Below are positions 31,532 to 41,473 of a stretch of 64,000 nucleotides of DNA, one piece after another. The DNA is taken from NCBI GenBank assembly GCA_965248535.1, contig CBDFJR010000002.1:672001-736000 (forward strand). Reading direction: 5' to 3'. The notes below the pieces were generated by a model, which made no database searches, was not told the DNA's origin, and saw only the letters and a list, made by a program, of their open reading frames with translations. The translations under genes were made by a program, and so were the position numbers. Position 1 is the stretch's first letter; each line of letters begins with the position of its first letter. This DNA is from Phormidesmis sp. Lineage in GTDB: Bacteria; Cyanobacteriota; Cyanobacteriia; Leptolyngbyales; Leptolyngbyaceae.

Positions 31532-31541
31532 TCGGGAAAGA

Positions 31542-33557
31542 CTAGCTAGCTTTGCGCCGCCGACTCGCCGCAGGTTTCTTTTCGGTCAGGTTGGTCTGCA
31601 CGATCGGAATCGTCAAGTGAACCTGAGTGCCCCGATCTTTGCCGCCTGACTCTGCCCAGATGCGACCGCCCCACCCGGCAATAATTTGGCGACAGATGGC
31701 CAGCCCTAGCCCGGTGCCCCCCGCAGTGCGGCGCAACGCTCCTTCTTCTTGGTAGAAGCGATCGAAGACGGTTTCAAGTCGGCTCGCTTCAATGCCCCGC
31801 CCGGTGTCGGCGATGATCACCTCTAACATTTTGCCTTGAGAACGCTGGGCCTCAATCGTGATCTGCCCGGTTGCATCAGTGAACTTGCAGGCATTGTCGA
31901 GCAGTTTTGAAATCACTTCTACCAGCCACTCGCCATCGACTTGCACGAGGGGTAGCTCAGAAGGCAGTTGGCGAATGATTTGAGGCAGGGGCGTGTCATA
32001 TTTGTGGGACTGAAGGCTGCTGAGAGCGAGATCAACACATTCTTCGAGGGGCAACGGTTCGAGTCGCCACTCAATCCGCCCGCTCTCAAGACGAGACAGG
32101 GTGAGAAAGTCTTGAATTAACTTTCGCATTCGATCGGCATCGGTGAGGGCTGAGTTGAGCATCACTTGCCGCAAATCGAGGGACATATCGGGTTCGCTAG
32201 CCAAGCTTTCAAGGCAGACTTGAATCGTGGAGAGCGGCGTTCTTAACTCGTGCCCGGTGATGGCGATCAGGTTGCTGCGGGTGCGATCGAGGGCGGCTAG
32301 CTGCTGGTTGAGATCTTCTAAATTCGCGTAGGCTTCGGCTTGAATCAGGGCGACCCCGATCTGAGTGGCGATCGCTTCGACCATTTCTAACTCGCTGCGC
32401 TCTAGCTTGTGAGGTGCAGAATCGCAGTAGTGTAGCTCAACCATGCCCAATAGCTGGTTTTGATTGAGGACGGGCACCATCAGCCACGATCGAATCTGTC
32501 TATCTGGAGTCAAGGCACGCTGCGTTTCGCTGAATCGCCCATCAGCTTGAGTGTCTTCAACATAGACAGGTTCTTGCTTTTGCACGACTTCTTGAAACAA
32601 CGGGTTTGCCCGCAGCGACCAAGATTGACCCACCAAAGAGTGGGCTTCAAAACTCGCAGGCTGACTCTTCGGTAGGCTAGCGGCGACCACGCCACAGCTT
32701 CCTAAAAACTCATGCTCTAGAGGCGCGATCGCATCGGTTGATTTGCAGCGATAAATCAGACAGCGCCCTGCTCCTAGGGCTTTGCCCAACTCTTGCACCG
32801 CCACTTGCAAAATCTCGTTGGGATTTAGCGATCGCCGCACCGCTGCCGTGATCGAGTTAATCAAGCGCTCTTTGCGTTCTTTTTCAGCGATCGAGCGGTA
32901 GGCTTTAGCCAGTTTGTATTGCCCGGCTTGCAGGTAGGTGACGAGCCGTTCGGCAAACGGGCCCGGATCGACTTGATTAAAGCCAGAGGTTGCATCTATC
33001 TGAATCTGAGCCAGCATCAGGTCAGTTTTGGGAGCTAAATCCGGACGGTAGACCTGAATCCGTCTCAGCAAAAGATTTGCCGACTCACAGACAATTTGAC
33101 GATCGAACGTCCAGATTCCTTCAAACCGCCGCGACTGATCCACATGCAGGTCTTGAATATTGGCGGGGGGATCAGGCTGTCGTCGCTCACGGCAAATCAA
33201 GCAAGATGCGTAGTGCGCGCCCAACACCACGAGATGCCATTCTTGGCTCAGAGCATCGGCTGGCTCAAAGGCGATCGTTTCATAATCTTGAGCACGATCA
33301 ACAAAATCGGTTTCAGGAGCCGCTAAGACATAAACCTGGTCGGTGCGCTCTGCAATTCGCAAATATCGATGGGCTTCTTGCCGATAAAACCGCTCTCGCT
33401 GAAAGCTAGCAATCACCAATGGGCGATCAACCCCTGCCAAAACCTGGTCTTCCATTGCGTGAGAAAGGGCCGTGAGGGAAGACTTGAAATAGATTTGGGG
33501 ATGAGCTTGGGGAAAGGCTTTTAGAAGTTCTTCAAGGACGGATTCGGGGATGATCAT
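31542..33557 (-). CDS. DICT-GAF sensor histidine kinase
   Basis: DICT motifs YFKSSLTALSHAMED and LSQEWHLV; GAF; GHELRTPL; GGTGLGL. Confidence 0.9.
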   Translation of the reverse strand: MIIPESVLEELLKAFPQAHPQIYFKSSLTALSHAMEDQVLAGVDRPLVIASFQRERFYRQEAHRYLRIAERTDQVYVLAAPETDFVDRAQDYETIAFEPADALSQEWHLVVLGAHYASCLICRERRQPDPPANIQDLHVDQSRRFEGIWTFDRQIVCESANLLLRRIQVYRPDLAPKTDLMLAQIQIDATSGFNQVDPGPFAERLVTYLQAGQYKLAKAYRSIAEKERKERLINSITAAVRRSLNPNEILQVAVQELGKALGAGRCLIYRCKSTDAIAPLEHEFLGSCGVVAASLPKSQPASFEAHSLVGQSWSLRANPLFQEVVQKQEPVYVEDTQADGRFSETQRALTPDRQIRSWLMVPVLNQNQLLGMVELHYCDSAPHKLERSELEMVEAIATQIGVALIQAEAYANLEDLNQQLAALDRTRSNLIAITGHELRTPLSTIQVCLESLASEPDMSLDLRQVMLNSALTDADRMRKLIQDFLTLSRLESGRIEWRLEPLPLEECVDLALSSLQSHKYDTPLPQIIRQLPSELPLVQVDGEWLVEVISKLLDNACKFTDATGQITIEAQRSQGKMLEVIIADTGRGIEASRLETVFDRFYQEEGALRRTAGGTGLGLAICRQIIAGWGGRIWAESGGKDRGTQVHLTIPIVQTNLTEKKPAASRRRKAS

Positions 33558-33713
33558 CGATAGTGCTCTACCAGCCAGACTGGATAACATTCGGCAAGCT
33601 AGGGCAAGACCCAACCAGCGAATCGAATAGGTAGGAGGTTCTCAGCACGAACCATAGCAGAACTGTTAAACCCACTCTGCCTAAAATTGTAAAGGTTTAA
33701 CGCCATTCCGCCG

Positions 33714-34238
33714 CTATCGCCGGGTGTTTCTTAATCCAGAGTCGAGATGGGGCAAAGTTTCCTGCTGTTCTAATAAAACGACGGCATGAGCCGCGATCGC
33801 TTCTTCGCGCCCCACTGCATCCAATTTTTCGTTAGTTGTGGCTTTGACCCCGACCCGATCGGGCGACAAATTGAGCACGGTGGCGAGGCGCGATCGCATC
33901 GCTTCAATATGAGGCTTGAGTTTAGGACGTTCAGCAACGATCACCGAGTCGATGTTACCAATCTGCCAGCCTTTTTCTTGAATCAACTGATGCACCTGCG
34001 CCAGCAGCACCAAGCTATCAGCCCCCGCCCACTTTGGGTCAGTCGGGGGAAAATAGTGCCCAATGTCTCCTAGGCTCAAAGCTCCCAGCATGGCATCCAT
34101 AATGGCGTGGGTGAGCACATCGGCATCACTGTGCCCTAATAAACCCGTTTCGTGATCGATTTTGATGCCGCCTAGGATCAAATCTCGCCCAGCGACAAGG
34201 CGGTGAATGTCATATCCGTTGCCGATTCTAAGGGTCAT
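33714..34238 (-). CDS. ispF: 2-C-methyl-D-erythritol 2,4-cyclodiphosphate synthase
   Basis: Motifs [24 protein letters not shown] and KATTNEKL. Confidence 0.96.
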   Translation of the reverse strand: MTLRIGNGYDIHRLVAGRDLILGGIKIDHETGLLGHSDADVLTHAIMDAMLGALSLGDIGHYFPPTDPKWAGADSLVLLAQVHQLIQEKGWQIGNIDSVIVAERPKLKPHIEAMRSRLATVLNLSPDRVGVKATTNEKLDAVGREEAIAAHAVVLLEQQETLPHLDSGLRNTRR

Positions 34239-34326
34239 GGGCTGTTAGCAATTAGCACTCAGTGTTTAGCAGGGGTCTAGGGTCAGGGGCGGGTGTAAGT
34301 TTCCTATTACTCTGACTGCTCAGACC

Positions 34327-35344
34327 TTAAATGGAGTAGTAGAGGGGGAAAGATTTTGCGTCTTTGGGTTTGACATAAACGCGCTGCTCAGGTTCGAGCT
34401 TTAATTCGTCAAAGCGATCGCGGGTGAGATGAGCGGTCACCACTTGACCATCATCCAGCGTCAACTCAGCTTGAATCTCCCAACCCAGGTGAATTAATCG
34501 ACTGACTCTAGCGGCAACGGTGCTGCCGTTGGGCGAGGTTTCAATTAAAACGTCTTGAGGCCGCAGAAACATATCGGGATGAACCGAGTCAAACCCGTTG
34601 TTTTGAAAAAGCCGCGACGAACTGGGCAACACGTTGACCGGGCCGATAAAGCTCATCACAAAAGCACTGGCTGGGTGGTCATAAATCTCAGCCGGGGTGC
34701 CCACTTGCTCGACTTTGCCTTTATTCATCACCACGATTTCGTCTGAGACTTCCATCGCTTCTTCTTGGTCATGGGTGACAAAGACGGTCGTGACGTGCAC
34801 TTCATCGTGCAAGCGCCTCAGCCAGGCTCTCAGGTCTTTTCGCACTTTGGCATCAAGGGCCCCAAAGGGTTCGTCGAGCAATAGCACCTTGGGTTCGACG
34901 GCCAGTGCTCGCGCTAAGGCGACTCGCTGCCGTTGTCCCCCCGATAATTGGGAGGGGTAGCGATCGCCCAGCCCAGCTAGCTGCACCAGATTTAATAGTT
35001 CTTCGACGCGCTGTTTGACTCTAGGGGCAGCAGTCTTGCGAATCTCTAACCCAAAAGCAATGTTTTGCCGCACGGTCATGTGCTTAAACAGCGCATAGTG
35101 CTGGAAGACAAAGCCGATGTTGCGATCTTGCACGCTGCGATCGGTGGCATCTTCGCCCGTGATTAGAATCTTGCCCTCGTCGGGAGTCTCTAACCCTGAG
35201 ACCAGTCTCAGCAGACGTAGACTTACCCGACCCAGAAGGGCCCAGTAGCGCGACGAGAGAGCCGCTCTTTACATCTAAATTAACTCGATCAACGGCTTGA
35301 AAGCTGCCAAACCGCTTTGACACGTCTTGTATGAGGATGCCCAC
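34327..35344 (-). CDS. cysA: Sulfate/thiosulfate ABC transporter ATP-binding subunit, with a 1-nt insertion at about 35215
   Basis: GPSGSGKST, then a shift to LLRLVSGLE...[25 protein letters not shown] and C-terminal TOBE. Confidence 0.88.
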
Positions 35345-35452
35345 CGCAATCTCCGGTTTTTCGATGAGATTACTGTAGATTTATAGCACAAACTCAGCCG
35401 CAAATCTGCAAAAGTTTTACTCAAATCTTTGCTCAAATCAAGATTTTTGGGA

Positions 35453-35492
35453 GCGTTTGTAGCGGTGCAGGCTAGCACACCGCTACAAACGC
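35453..35492. terminator. 15-bp hairpin directly downstream of ribH
   Basis: GCGTTTGTAGCGGTG-N10-CACCGCTACAAACGC. Confidence 0.6.
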
Positions 35493-35511
35493 CTAAAACT
35501 TACCCTCTGTC

Positions 35512-36093
35512 CTATTCACTAGACGGGTCAGCGCCGGCCCCCTGAAAGGAGGCTGTCAAAGTGTGGTGAGCCGTGGGAGCGATCGCCGGGTTGCCAGAAT
35601 GATGACCTGCTGCCGCCCCTTTAACTTGACGCATGAGACTGGCCATCTCTAGCGCATCCATCCCATAGCCCCAGCCATGATTGCTCTTGATTCCAGCCCG
35701 CTCTAAGGCTTGCTGCATGGTGTCTGCCGTAATCACACCAAAAATTACCGGAACCCCTGTTTGAAACCCCGTTGCCGCGATGCCTTTTGAGACTTCTGCC
35801 GAGACATATTCAAAGTGGGGCGTTTGCCCGCGAATCACAGCGCCGAGACAAATGATGGCATCATAGCGATCGGTGATGGCAAGTTGACGGGCAATCAAAG
35901 GCAACTCAAAGCATCCCGGCACCCAGGCATAATCGACCTGCGTGCCTTGGGGGTTGATATCAACTCCGTGACGCTTGAGGCAATCTTGACACCCTTCTAC
36001 CAATTTGTTTGTGATCAGGTCATTAAATCGAGCGATCACCAAAGCAAATCGCAGCGATTCTGTCTGTGAAAACGATCCTTCAAAAATAGTCAT
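35512..36093 (-). CDS. ribH: 6,7-dimethyl-8-ribityllumazine synthase
   Basis: Motifs [26 protein letters not shown] and QALERAG. Confidence 0.96.
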   Translation of the reverse strand: MTIFEGSFSQTESLRFALVIARFNDLITNKLVEGCQDCLKRHGVDINPQGTQVDYAWVPGCFELPLIARQLAITDRYDAIICLGAVIRGQTPHFEYVSAEVSKGIAATGFQTGVPVIFGVITADTMQQALERAGIKSNHGWGYGMDALEMASLMRQVKGAAAGHHSGNPAIAPTAHHTLTASFQGAGADPSSE

Positions 36094-36356
36094 TATTTTG
36101 TCTTGAGCATTAACATGTCACAGCTACGATCGGACGTAAATCGCCCGCCCCAAGTTTAACCAAAGGGTATTTGCTCAAATTACCAGGATCATCTGCCTTT
36201 GAACAGAGTTGACCTAGTTGATCGCTTGCAAGGATCGCGTATCGTGACGAAGTTTAGCGCCTGCTCAAGCCGTCTTAGCGGGCAAGACTCTAGTTTAAAA
36301 GGGAGTTTAGAAGGGGTCGAAAGCATCGCGTTTCCTCCCCCTAGCTCCCAAGCTGC

Positions 36357-36545
36357 TTAGGCAACCAAGAAGTTGAGTGCCCCAACTGTAACCACTAGCA
36401 GAGTCCAAATGCCAGCCCCTAAGTAGAGTAGACGCTTTGACTGATCCCAGTTTTGAGGAGATGCGTAAGCAACGGGCACCCCAACCACCATCACAAATGA
36501 GAATATTACTAGAGCAGCCAAGGCGGCTTGAAACAAAATTGTCAT
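36357..36545 (-). CDS. psbZ: Photosystem II reaction centre protein Z
   Basis: 62 aa, MTILFQ...[14 protein letters not shown]...LNFLVA. Confidence 0.96.
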   Translation of the reverse strand: MTILFQAALAALVIFSFVMVVGVPVAYASPQNWDQSKRLLYLGAGIWTLLVVTVGALNFLVA

Positions 36546-36642
36546 TGTCTTCTCCCTACTACAGCAAATGAAGTTAAATCTAAAATTTGGCGGCATCCAG
36601 GCTGCACGTTTGACAAGCCCTGAGTAGTAACCTATCAGAAAA

Positions 36643-39366
36643 ATGGATCTGATTCTATGTCATATCACGGCAGATTTCGATACATTAGGTGCGGCGATCG
36701 GGCTATCTCGCCTGCTGCCGGGATCACGAATCGTGCTAGCCGGAGGAGCGCACCCTACTGTGCGAGATTTTCTCGCCCTGCATCGCGATGAATATGCGTT
36801 GATTGAGCGGCGATCGGTGAATCCGCAAGCCATCCGATCGCTGTGGGTGGTCGATAGTCAACGACGCGATCGCTTAGGCAAGGTGGCCGAGTGGTTAGAT
36901 TTGCCCGCTATTGCGATCGCCCTTTATGACCACCATGAAGATGCCGAGAGCGATATTTTTGCCCAAACTCGCCATGTTGAAGCTGTTGGAGCCACGACTA
37001 CTCTGATCGTTGAGCAACTTCAGAAGGCACAGATTTCGCTCACGGCGATCGAGGCGACGGCGATGGCGCTCGGCATTCACGTTGATACAGGCTCTCTCAC
37101 GTTTGATCACGCCACTTCTAGAGATGCCCTAGCTCTAGCTTGGTTGATGGATCAAGGGGCTAACCTGGGCACGATCGCCGACTATATCGACCCCAGACTT
37201 TCGCCCCTGCTGCAAGATTTGCTCGGTGTCGCCCTCACAAATTTGCAATCTGAAACCATCTACGGCTACACCCTGGCTTGGGTGACTCTCAAAACCGATG
37301 ACTATGTGCCCGGACTTTCTAGCCTCGCCTCTCGATTGATGGAAGTCACTGAAAGTGATGCCCTGCTGCTGCTGCATCGCTATCGTCGCGGAGTCGATCG
37401 CCAAAGGCCCGAAGGAAACGTCTTGAGCGTGATTGGGCGATCGCGCATTGAAGGCACCAATCTCAACGACTTGTTTAAGCCTTGGGGCGGAGGCGGACAC
37501 CCCAAAGCCGCCGCCGTGACGCTGCGGGGGGATTTTTCAGACATTTTGACGCAGCTTCTCGCAGGATTCAAGGCTCAGATTCCGCCTGCGCCCACTGCAC
37601 GAGAGTTGATGTCATCGCCCGTTCGCACCCTGCGCCCTGAGACGACGATTGACGAAGCCCAGCGAATTCTGCTGCGCTATGGCCACTCTGGGCTGTCAGT
37701 GGTCAACCCCAACGGTCAACTGGTGGGCATGATCTCGCGTCGTGACTTAGATATTGCTTTTTATCACGGGTTTGGTCATGCCCCCGTCAAAGGCTATATG
37801 AGCACAAACTTGAAGACGATCGCGCCCGATGCTCAACTGCCCGACATTCAGTCATTGATGGTGACCTACGATATCGGTCGCCTGCCTGTCTTAGATCAAG
37901 GGCAACTGATCGGCATAGTGACTCGCACAGACGTGCTGCGGCAACTGCATCACTCTGATCACCACGAGAGATTTGAGCATCATCCCTCACGTTCCAAGAT
38001 TCAAAATCCAAAATCTAAAATCACCCTCGATCGGCTGGCTCCGATTTTGCAAGATCTTTTGGCGATCGCGGCCAGCCAGGCAGAAAAAAACGGCTGGCAC
38101 CTCTACTTAGTGGGCGGAGCCGTGCGCGATCTGCTGCTGACCGATGCTGATCAACCCGTGCTATTGACCGATCTGGATCTGGTTGTGGATGGGTTTCACC
38201 GCTCGGCTGACGTGGGCGCAGGGGTCGAGCTAGCCCGATCGCTCCAAAGTCTCTATCCCGATGCGCGTTTAGAGATTCACGGCCGGTTTCAAACGGCGGC
38301 GCTGCTGTGGCACAACGATCCCATCTTAGACTCTCTGTGGGTTGACATCGCCACCGCCCGCACTGAGTTTTATCCCTACCCGGCCGCAAACCCAGAAGTT
38401 GAGGCCAGTTCGATTCGTCAAGATCTCTATCGTCGAGACTTCACCATTAATGCGATGGCCCTGCGGTTGACCCAGCCTCGTTCAGGCGAATTGCTGGACT
38501 TTTTTGGCGGAGCGCTAGACTTGCAGGCAAAGCAGATTCGAGTCTTGCACCCCAACAGTTTTATCGAAGACCCGACCCGAATTTATCGAGCCGTCCGGTT
38601 TGCGACTCGCCTGGGGTTTGAGATTGAGTCTCAGACCGAACGCTATATTCGTCATGCGATCGCCAGTGGCATTTATGAACAAGTTCAGGCTCGCCACGGC
38701 TCAAGTCGGGTCGGTGCCCCAGCTTTGCAAACTCGTCTCAAATCAGAACTCAAATACATTCTGCAATCGTCTTATTGGAGAGCGGCTCTCGACCAGTTGG
38801 CCTATTTAGGAGCCTTGCGCTGCATTCACCCCACCTTAGAGCTAGACGCTGAGTTGAGATGGCAACTGCGGGCAGCCGAGCGCTGGCAGCATCGGTTTGA
38901 TCCTTTGCCACGGCTCCCGTCTTGGCAGTTTTTGCTAGAAGTGCTGATCGCGTATCTTGCCCCTGACGATCGGGCCCCTGTCGCTCAAACCCTGCAACTT
39001 TCTGCCGATGGCATCGATCGATTAGTTCAGCTAGCTGCCGTTCAGTCTCAGTTGACATCTTTTGCCACCCGTCAGCCGCCGAGCCAGGTCGTGAGGCAAT
39101 TGCAGCACTACGATCGTCCGCTCTTGATGCTTGTGGCAGTCAAAAGTCCTCGGTCAATTCGTAGACAAATTTGGCACTATTTAACAGTTTGGTCTCACGT
39201 TAAATCGCCCCTAGACGGCAATGATTTAAAGGCTCTAGGCTATCAACCGGGTCGGCAGTTCAAACTCATTTTAGAGGATCTGCTAGCAGCCGTTTTAGAC
39301 GGGAGAGTGCACGATCGCGCTCAAGCAGAGGACTATTTAGCCCAGCACTATGCTCAAACCTCGTGA
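36643..39366 (+). CDS. DHH-CBS-nucleotidyltransferase: tRNA nucleotidyltransferase (A-adding type)
   Basis: DHH/DHHA1 (ADFD, YDHH, GGGGH), two CBS domains, GGAVRD, DLD, RRDFTIN and EDPTR. Confidence 0.9.
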   Translation: MDLILCHITADFDTLGAAIGLSRLLPGSRIVLAGGAHPTVRDFLALHRDEYALIERRSVNPQAIRSLWVVDSQRRDRLGKVAEWLDLPAIAIALYDHHEDAESDIFAQTRHVEAVGATTTLIVEQLQKAQISLTAIEATAMALGIHVDTGSLTFDHATSRDALALAWLMDQGANLGTIADYIDPRLSPLLQDLLGVALTNLQSETIYGYTLAWVTLKTDDYVPGLSSLASRLMEVTESDALLLLHRYRRGVDRQRPEGNVLSVIGRSRIEGTNLNDLFKPWGGGGHPKAAAVTLRGDFSDILTQLLAGFKAQIPPAPTARELMSSPVRTLRPETTIDEAQRILLRYGHSGLSVVNPNGQLVGMISRRDLDIAFYHGFGHAPVKGYMSTNLKTIAPDAQLPDIQSLMVTYDIGRLPVLDQGQLIGIVTRTDVLRQLHHSDHHERFEHHPSRSKIQNPKSKITLDRLAPILQDLLAIAASQAEKNGWHLYLVGGAVRDLLLTDADQPVLLTDLDLVVDGFHRSADVGAGVELARSLQSLYPDARLEIHGRFQTAALLWHNDPILDSLWVDIATARTEFYPYPAANPEVEASSIRQDLYRRDFTINAMALRLTQPRSGELLDFFGGALDLQAKQIRVLHPNSFIEDPTRIYRAVRFATRLGFEIESQTERYIRHAIASGIYEQVQARHGSSRVGAPALQTRLKSELKYILQSSYWRAALDQLAYLGALRCIHPTLELDAELRWQLRAAERWQHRFDPLPRLPSWQFLLEVLIAYLAPDDRAPVAQTLQLSADGIDRLVQLAAVQSQLTSFATRQPPSQVVRQLQHYDRPLLMLVAVKSPRSIRRQIWHYLTVWSHVKSPLDGNDLKALGYQPGRQFKLILEDLLAAVLDGRVHDRAQAEDYLAQHYAQTS

Positions 39367-39471
39367 GTCCTGATTCTTGAAAATCTCTTTGAACAAAATT
39401 TGAGCGCAGTCCCCAACCAGAATCTTTGATTTGGTTGGGGACTGCGAAAACGTAATTGAGAACGTCTTGGA

Positions 39472-39900
39472 TCACGATTCAGGGCGTTCTTGATTTTGGA
39501 CATATTCGATCAATTTTTCTAACGGTGCTTGCGCTCCAACACTTATCAAAGCGTAACTCCCACCCCAAAACATCGGTTTTTCAGACCAGTAAAATTTTTT
39601 CAGTTCAGTCGAGTATTCCTTACGCATTAGCCGCGATGAAACTGTTTTGAGATTATTTACAAGCTTAGAGAGATCAACGCTAGGAATGCTCTCAAACAAA
39701 ATGTGAATATGATCACCTTCGCCCCCGAACTCAATGATCTCACAATCCCATTTTATCAAGACAGAACGGATGATTTCTTCTAATCGATTGAGCATTTCCC
39801 CGGTTAGACATTTTCTACAGAACTTACTCACCAATACAAGGTGAAAAATTAAACGAAACGCAGAGTTAGAACGGGTTTTGAGACGGGTGGAAGTTTTCAT
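39472..39900 (-). CDS. tnpA: IS200/IS605 HUH (Y1) transposase
   Basis: Motifs FHLVLVSKF, DHIH, NNLKTVSSR, FWGGSY and EYVQNQ. ATG at 39900. Confidence 0.93.
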   Translation of the reverse strand: MKTSTRLKTRSNSAFRLIFHLVLVSKFCRKCLTGEMLNRLEEIIRSVLIKWDCEIIEFGGEGDHIHILFESIPSVDLSKLVNNLKTVSSRLMRKEYSTELKKFYWSEKPMFWGGSYALISVGAQAPLEKLIEYVQNQERPES

Positions 39901-39919
39901 AACTAACTTGTTAACTAAC

Positions 39920-39948
39920 TTGACAACTGAATTGTAGCAGGTTAACAT
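39920..39948 (+). promoter_or_regulatory. Putative sigma70 promoter for tnpB of IS 2
   Basis: TTGACA-N17-TAACAT, overlapped by tandem TAACTAACTTG repeats (39900-39922). Confidence 0.5.
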
Positions 39949-39976
39949 TGTTATTGTAAGTAGCGAGGTCGAAGCT

Positions 39977-41389
39977 ATGGTTTCTAAACGAACTAAATCA
40001 AAATCTAAAAAGAAAAAAGTCACTCATGATCTGGGTATTCGTAGTGATATCTGGCAACTCGACATGACATCTGAACAGAAAGATTTGGCGCGTTTAACCG
40101 TAGCTGAATATCGTTATTTTCTAAAACCTCTTGTGTTAATCACATATTGGAACTGGGATCAATTGTCTGCGTTGACAGCGAAAGATCGAGTTAATTTCCT
40201 TGAGAAGTTGTTTAATCGGACTGCCGTAAACACAGACCCTAAATACGCTTGGTTTTTCGAGAAATCAATTGTCAATCATCCATCGTTTCGTAAATTCCCA
40301 AGCTATTTGCGACGTGCTGCAATTCAGGATGCAATCGGTATTGTGTCGAGTTTTGTAACCCGTTGGGGTATGTGGAAACGTGGTGAACGGAAACATCGTT
40401 ATGATAAAGCTCCTAAACTCACCTCAATGTGCAATAGCTATCCAGCTTTGTATCGAGGTCAACAAATCAGGTACAACGCTAACCACAGATCGGTAGATCT
40501 AAAGGTTTGGAACGGATCTGATTGGGTGTGGATCAGCGACGTGAAAGTTAAGAGTTACGGTAAGAATCGTCATTTGGTTGTTGGAAACGAAATCCAGTCG
40601 CCAAGTTTGATTGCAAACCGAGAAGGCGTTCATCTTTCGATGCCAGTGAAAGTTGCGATATCTCCTATCGAAAATGCAGACTTTGTGTGTGCAGTAGACT
40701 TAGGGATCAATAACGCTGCAACTGCTTCCATCGTGGGTAAGGACGGTACTGTAAAGGCGCGGAAGATTATCAACCCCGCTAGAGACATAGACCGAAGAGA
40801 TCAACGCAGAATGCAGGTCAAGAAGAAGTCAAGACAAACCGCAAAAATAACCGGAGAGAAACTTCCAAAAGGTTTCTGCAAAGGTTTGTACCGTAAATCA
40901 TCAAACATCAATGAAAGCATTGCTCAACAAGTTTCATTGCAAATAATCCGTTTTGCAAAAGAGCATGGTGTCAGTGTGATCGTGTTTGAGGATCTATCAA
41001 ACTGGAAAGCGAAGGCTGGAAAGAAAGGTACGTTGCACAAGCAAAAGTTTCATCAATGGTGCAAAGATCGCACGGTTGATTTAACGATGATGAAGTTTTC
41101 GGAATTGGGTGGAACCGTATCAAAAGTGAATGCAAAATACACCAGTGCATACGCCTTTGACGGGTCGGGTAAACTGAAGCGTGATAGTAAAAATTATACT
41201 CAAGCCACGTTCAGTACCGGAAAGCAATACAACGCTGATCTGTCTGCGTCGTATAACATCGGTGCTAGATATTGGTACGCCGTTCTAACCAATTCTAAGT
41301 TCATTAAGGTTTGGGAAGACAAAAGTTCTTCTCATTCACAGAGGACACCTGTAACGCTCAGTTCCTTATGGGATCTGGTTGCGACTTAA
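39977..41389 (+). CDS. tnpB: TnpB, long variant (470 aa) lacking the zinc finger
   Basis: RuvC-I AVDLG, RuvC-II VFEDL and RuvC-III YNADLSASYNI. No CxxC pairs between RuvC-II and RuvC-III. Confidence 0.9.
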   Translation: MVSKRTKSKSKKKKVTHDLGIRSDIWQLDMTSEQKDLARLTVAEYRYFLKPLVLITYWNWDQLSALTAKDRVNFLEKLFNRTAVNTDPKYAWFFEKSIVNHPSFRKFPSYLRRAAIQDAIGIVSSFVTRWGMWKRGERKHRYDKAPKLTSMCNSYPALYRGQQIRYNANHRSVDLKVWNGSDWVWISDVKVKSYGKNRHLVVGNEIQSPSLIANREGVHLSMPVKVAISPIENADFVCAVDLGINNAATASIVGKDGTVKARKIINPARDIDRRDQRRMQVKKKSRQTAKITGEKLPKGFCKGLYRKSSNINESIAQQVSLQIIRFAKEHGVSVIVFEDLSNWKAKAGKKGTLHKQKFHQWCKDRTVDLTMMKFSELGGTVSKVNAKYTSAYAFDGSGKLKRDSKNYTQATFSTGKQYNADLSASYNIGARYWYAVLTNSKFIKVWEDKSSSHSQRTPVTLSSLWDLVAT

Positions 41390-41473
41390 TTCAAGAATCC
41401 CCATCTAAATCAAAGATTTTAGATGGGGAGTGTTCAAAGGGTTAGCATGGTTGGGATTGTGCGAGGGGCAAGC

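Larger units (their letters stand above)
39394..41437 (+). mobile_element. IS200/IS605-family insertion sequence 2 (divergent tnpA/tnpB)
   Basis: Left end TTGAA|CAAAATTTGAGCG-CAGT-CCCCAACCAGAATCTTTGATTTGGTTGGGG. Right end GAAT-CCCCATCTAAATCAAAGATTTTAGATGGGG...TCAA (41434-41437). No HIP1 seen. Confidence 0.88.

Noticed and set aside
39977..41389. Type V CRISPR effector (Cas12f-like)
   Set aside because: No repeat-spacer array or cas genes in the window; the gene is flanked by tnpA and IS200/IS605 end hairpins.
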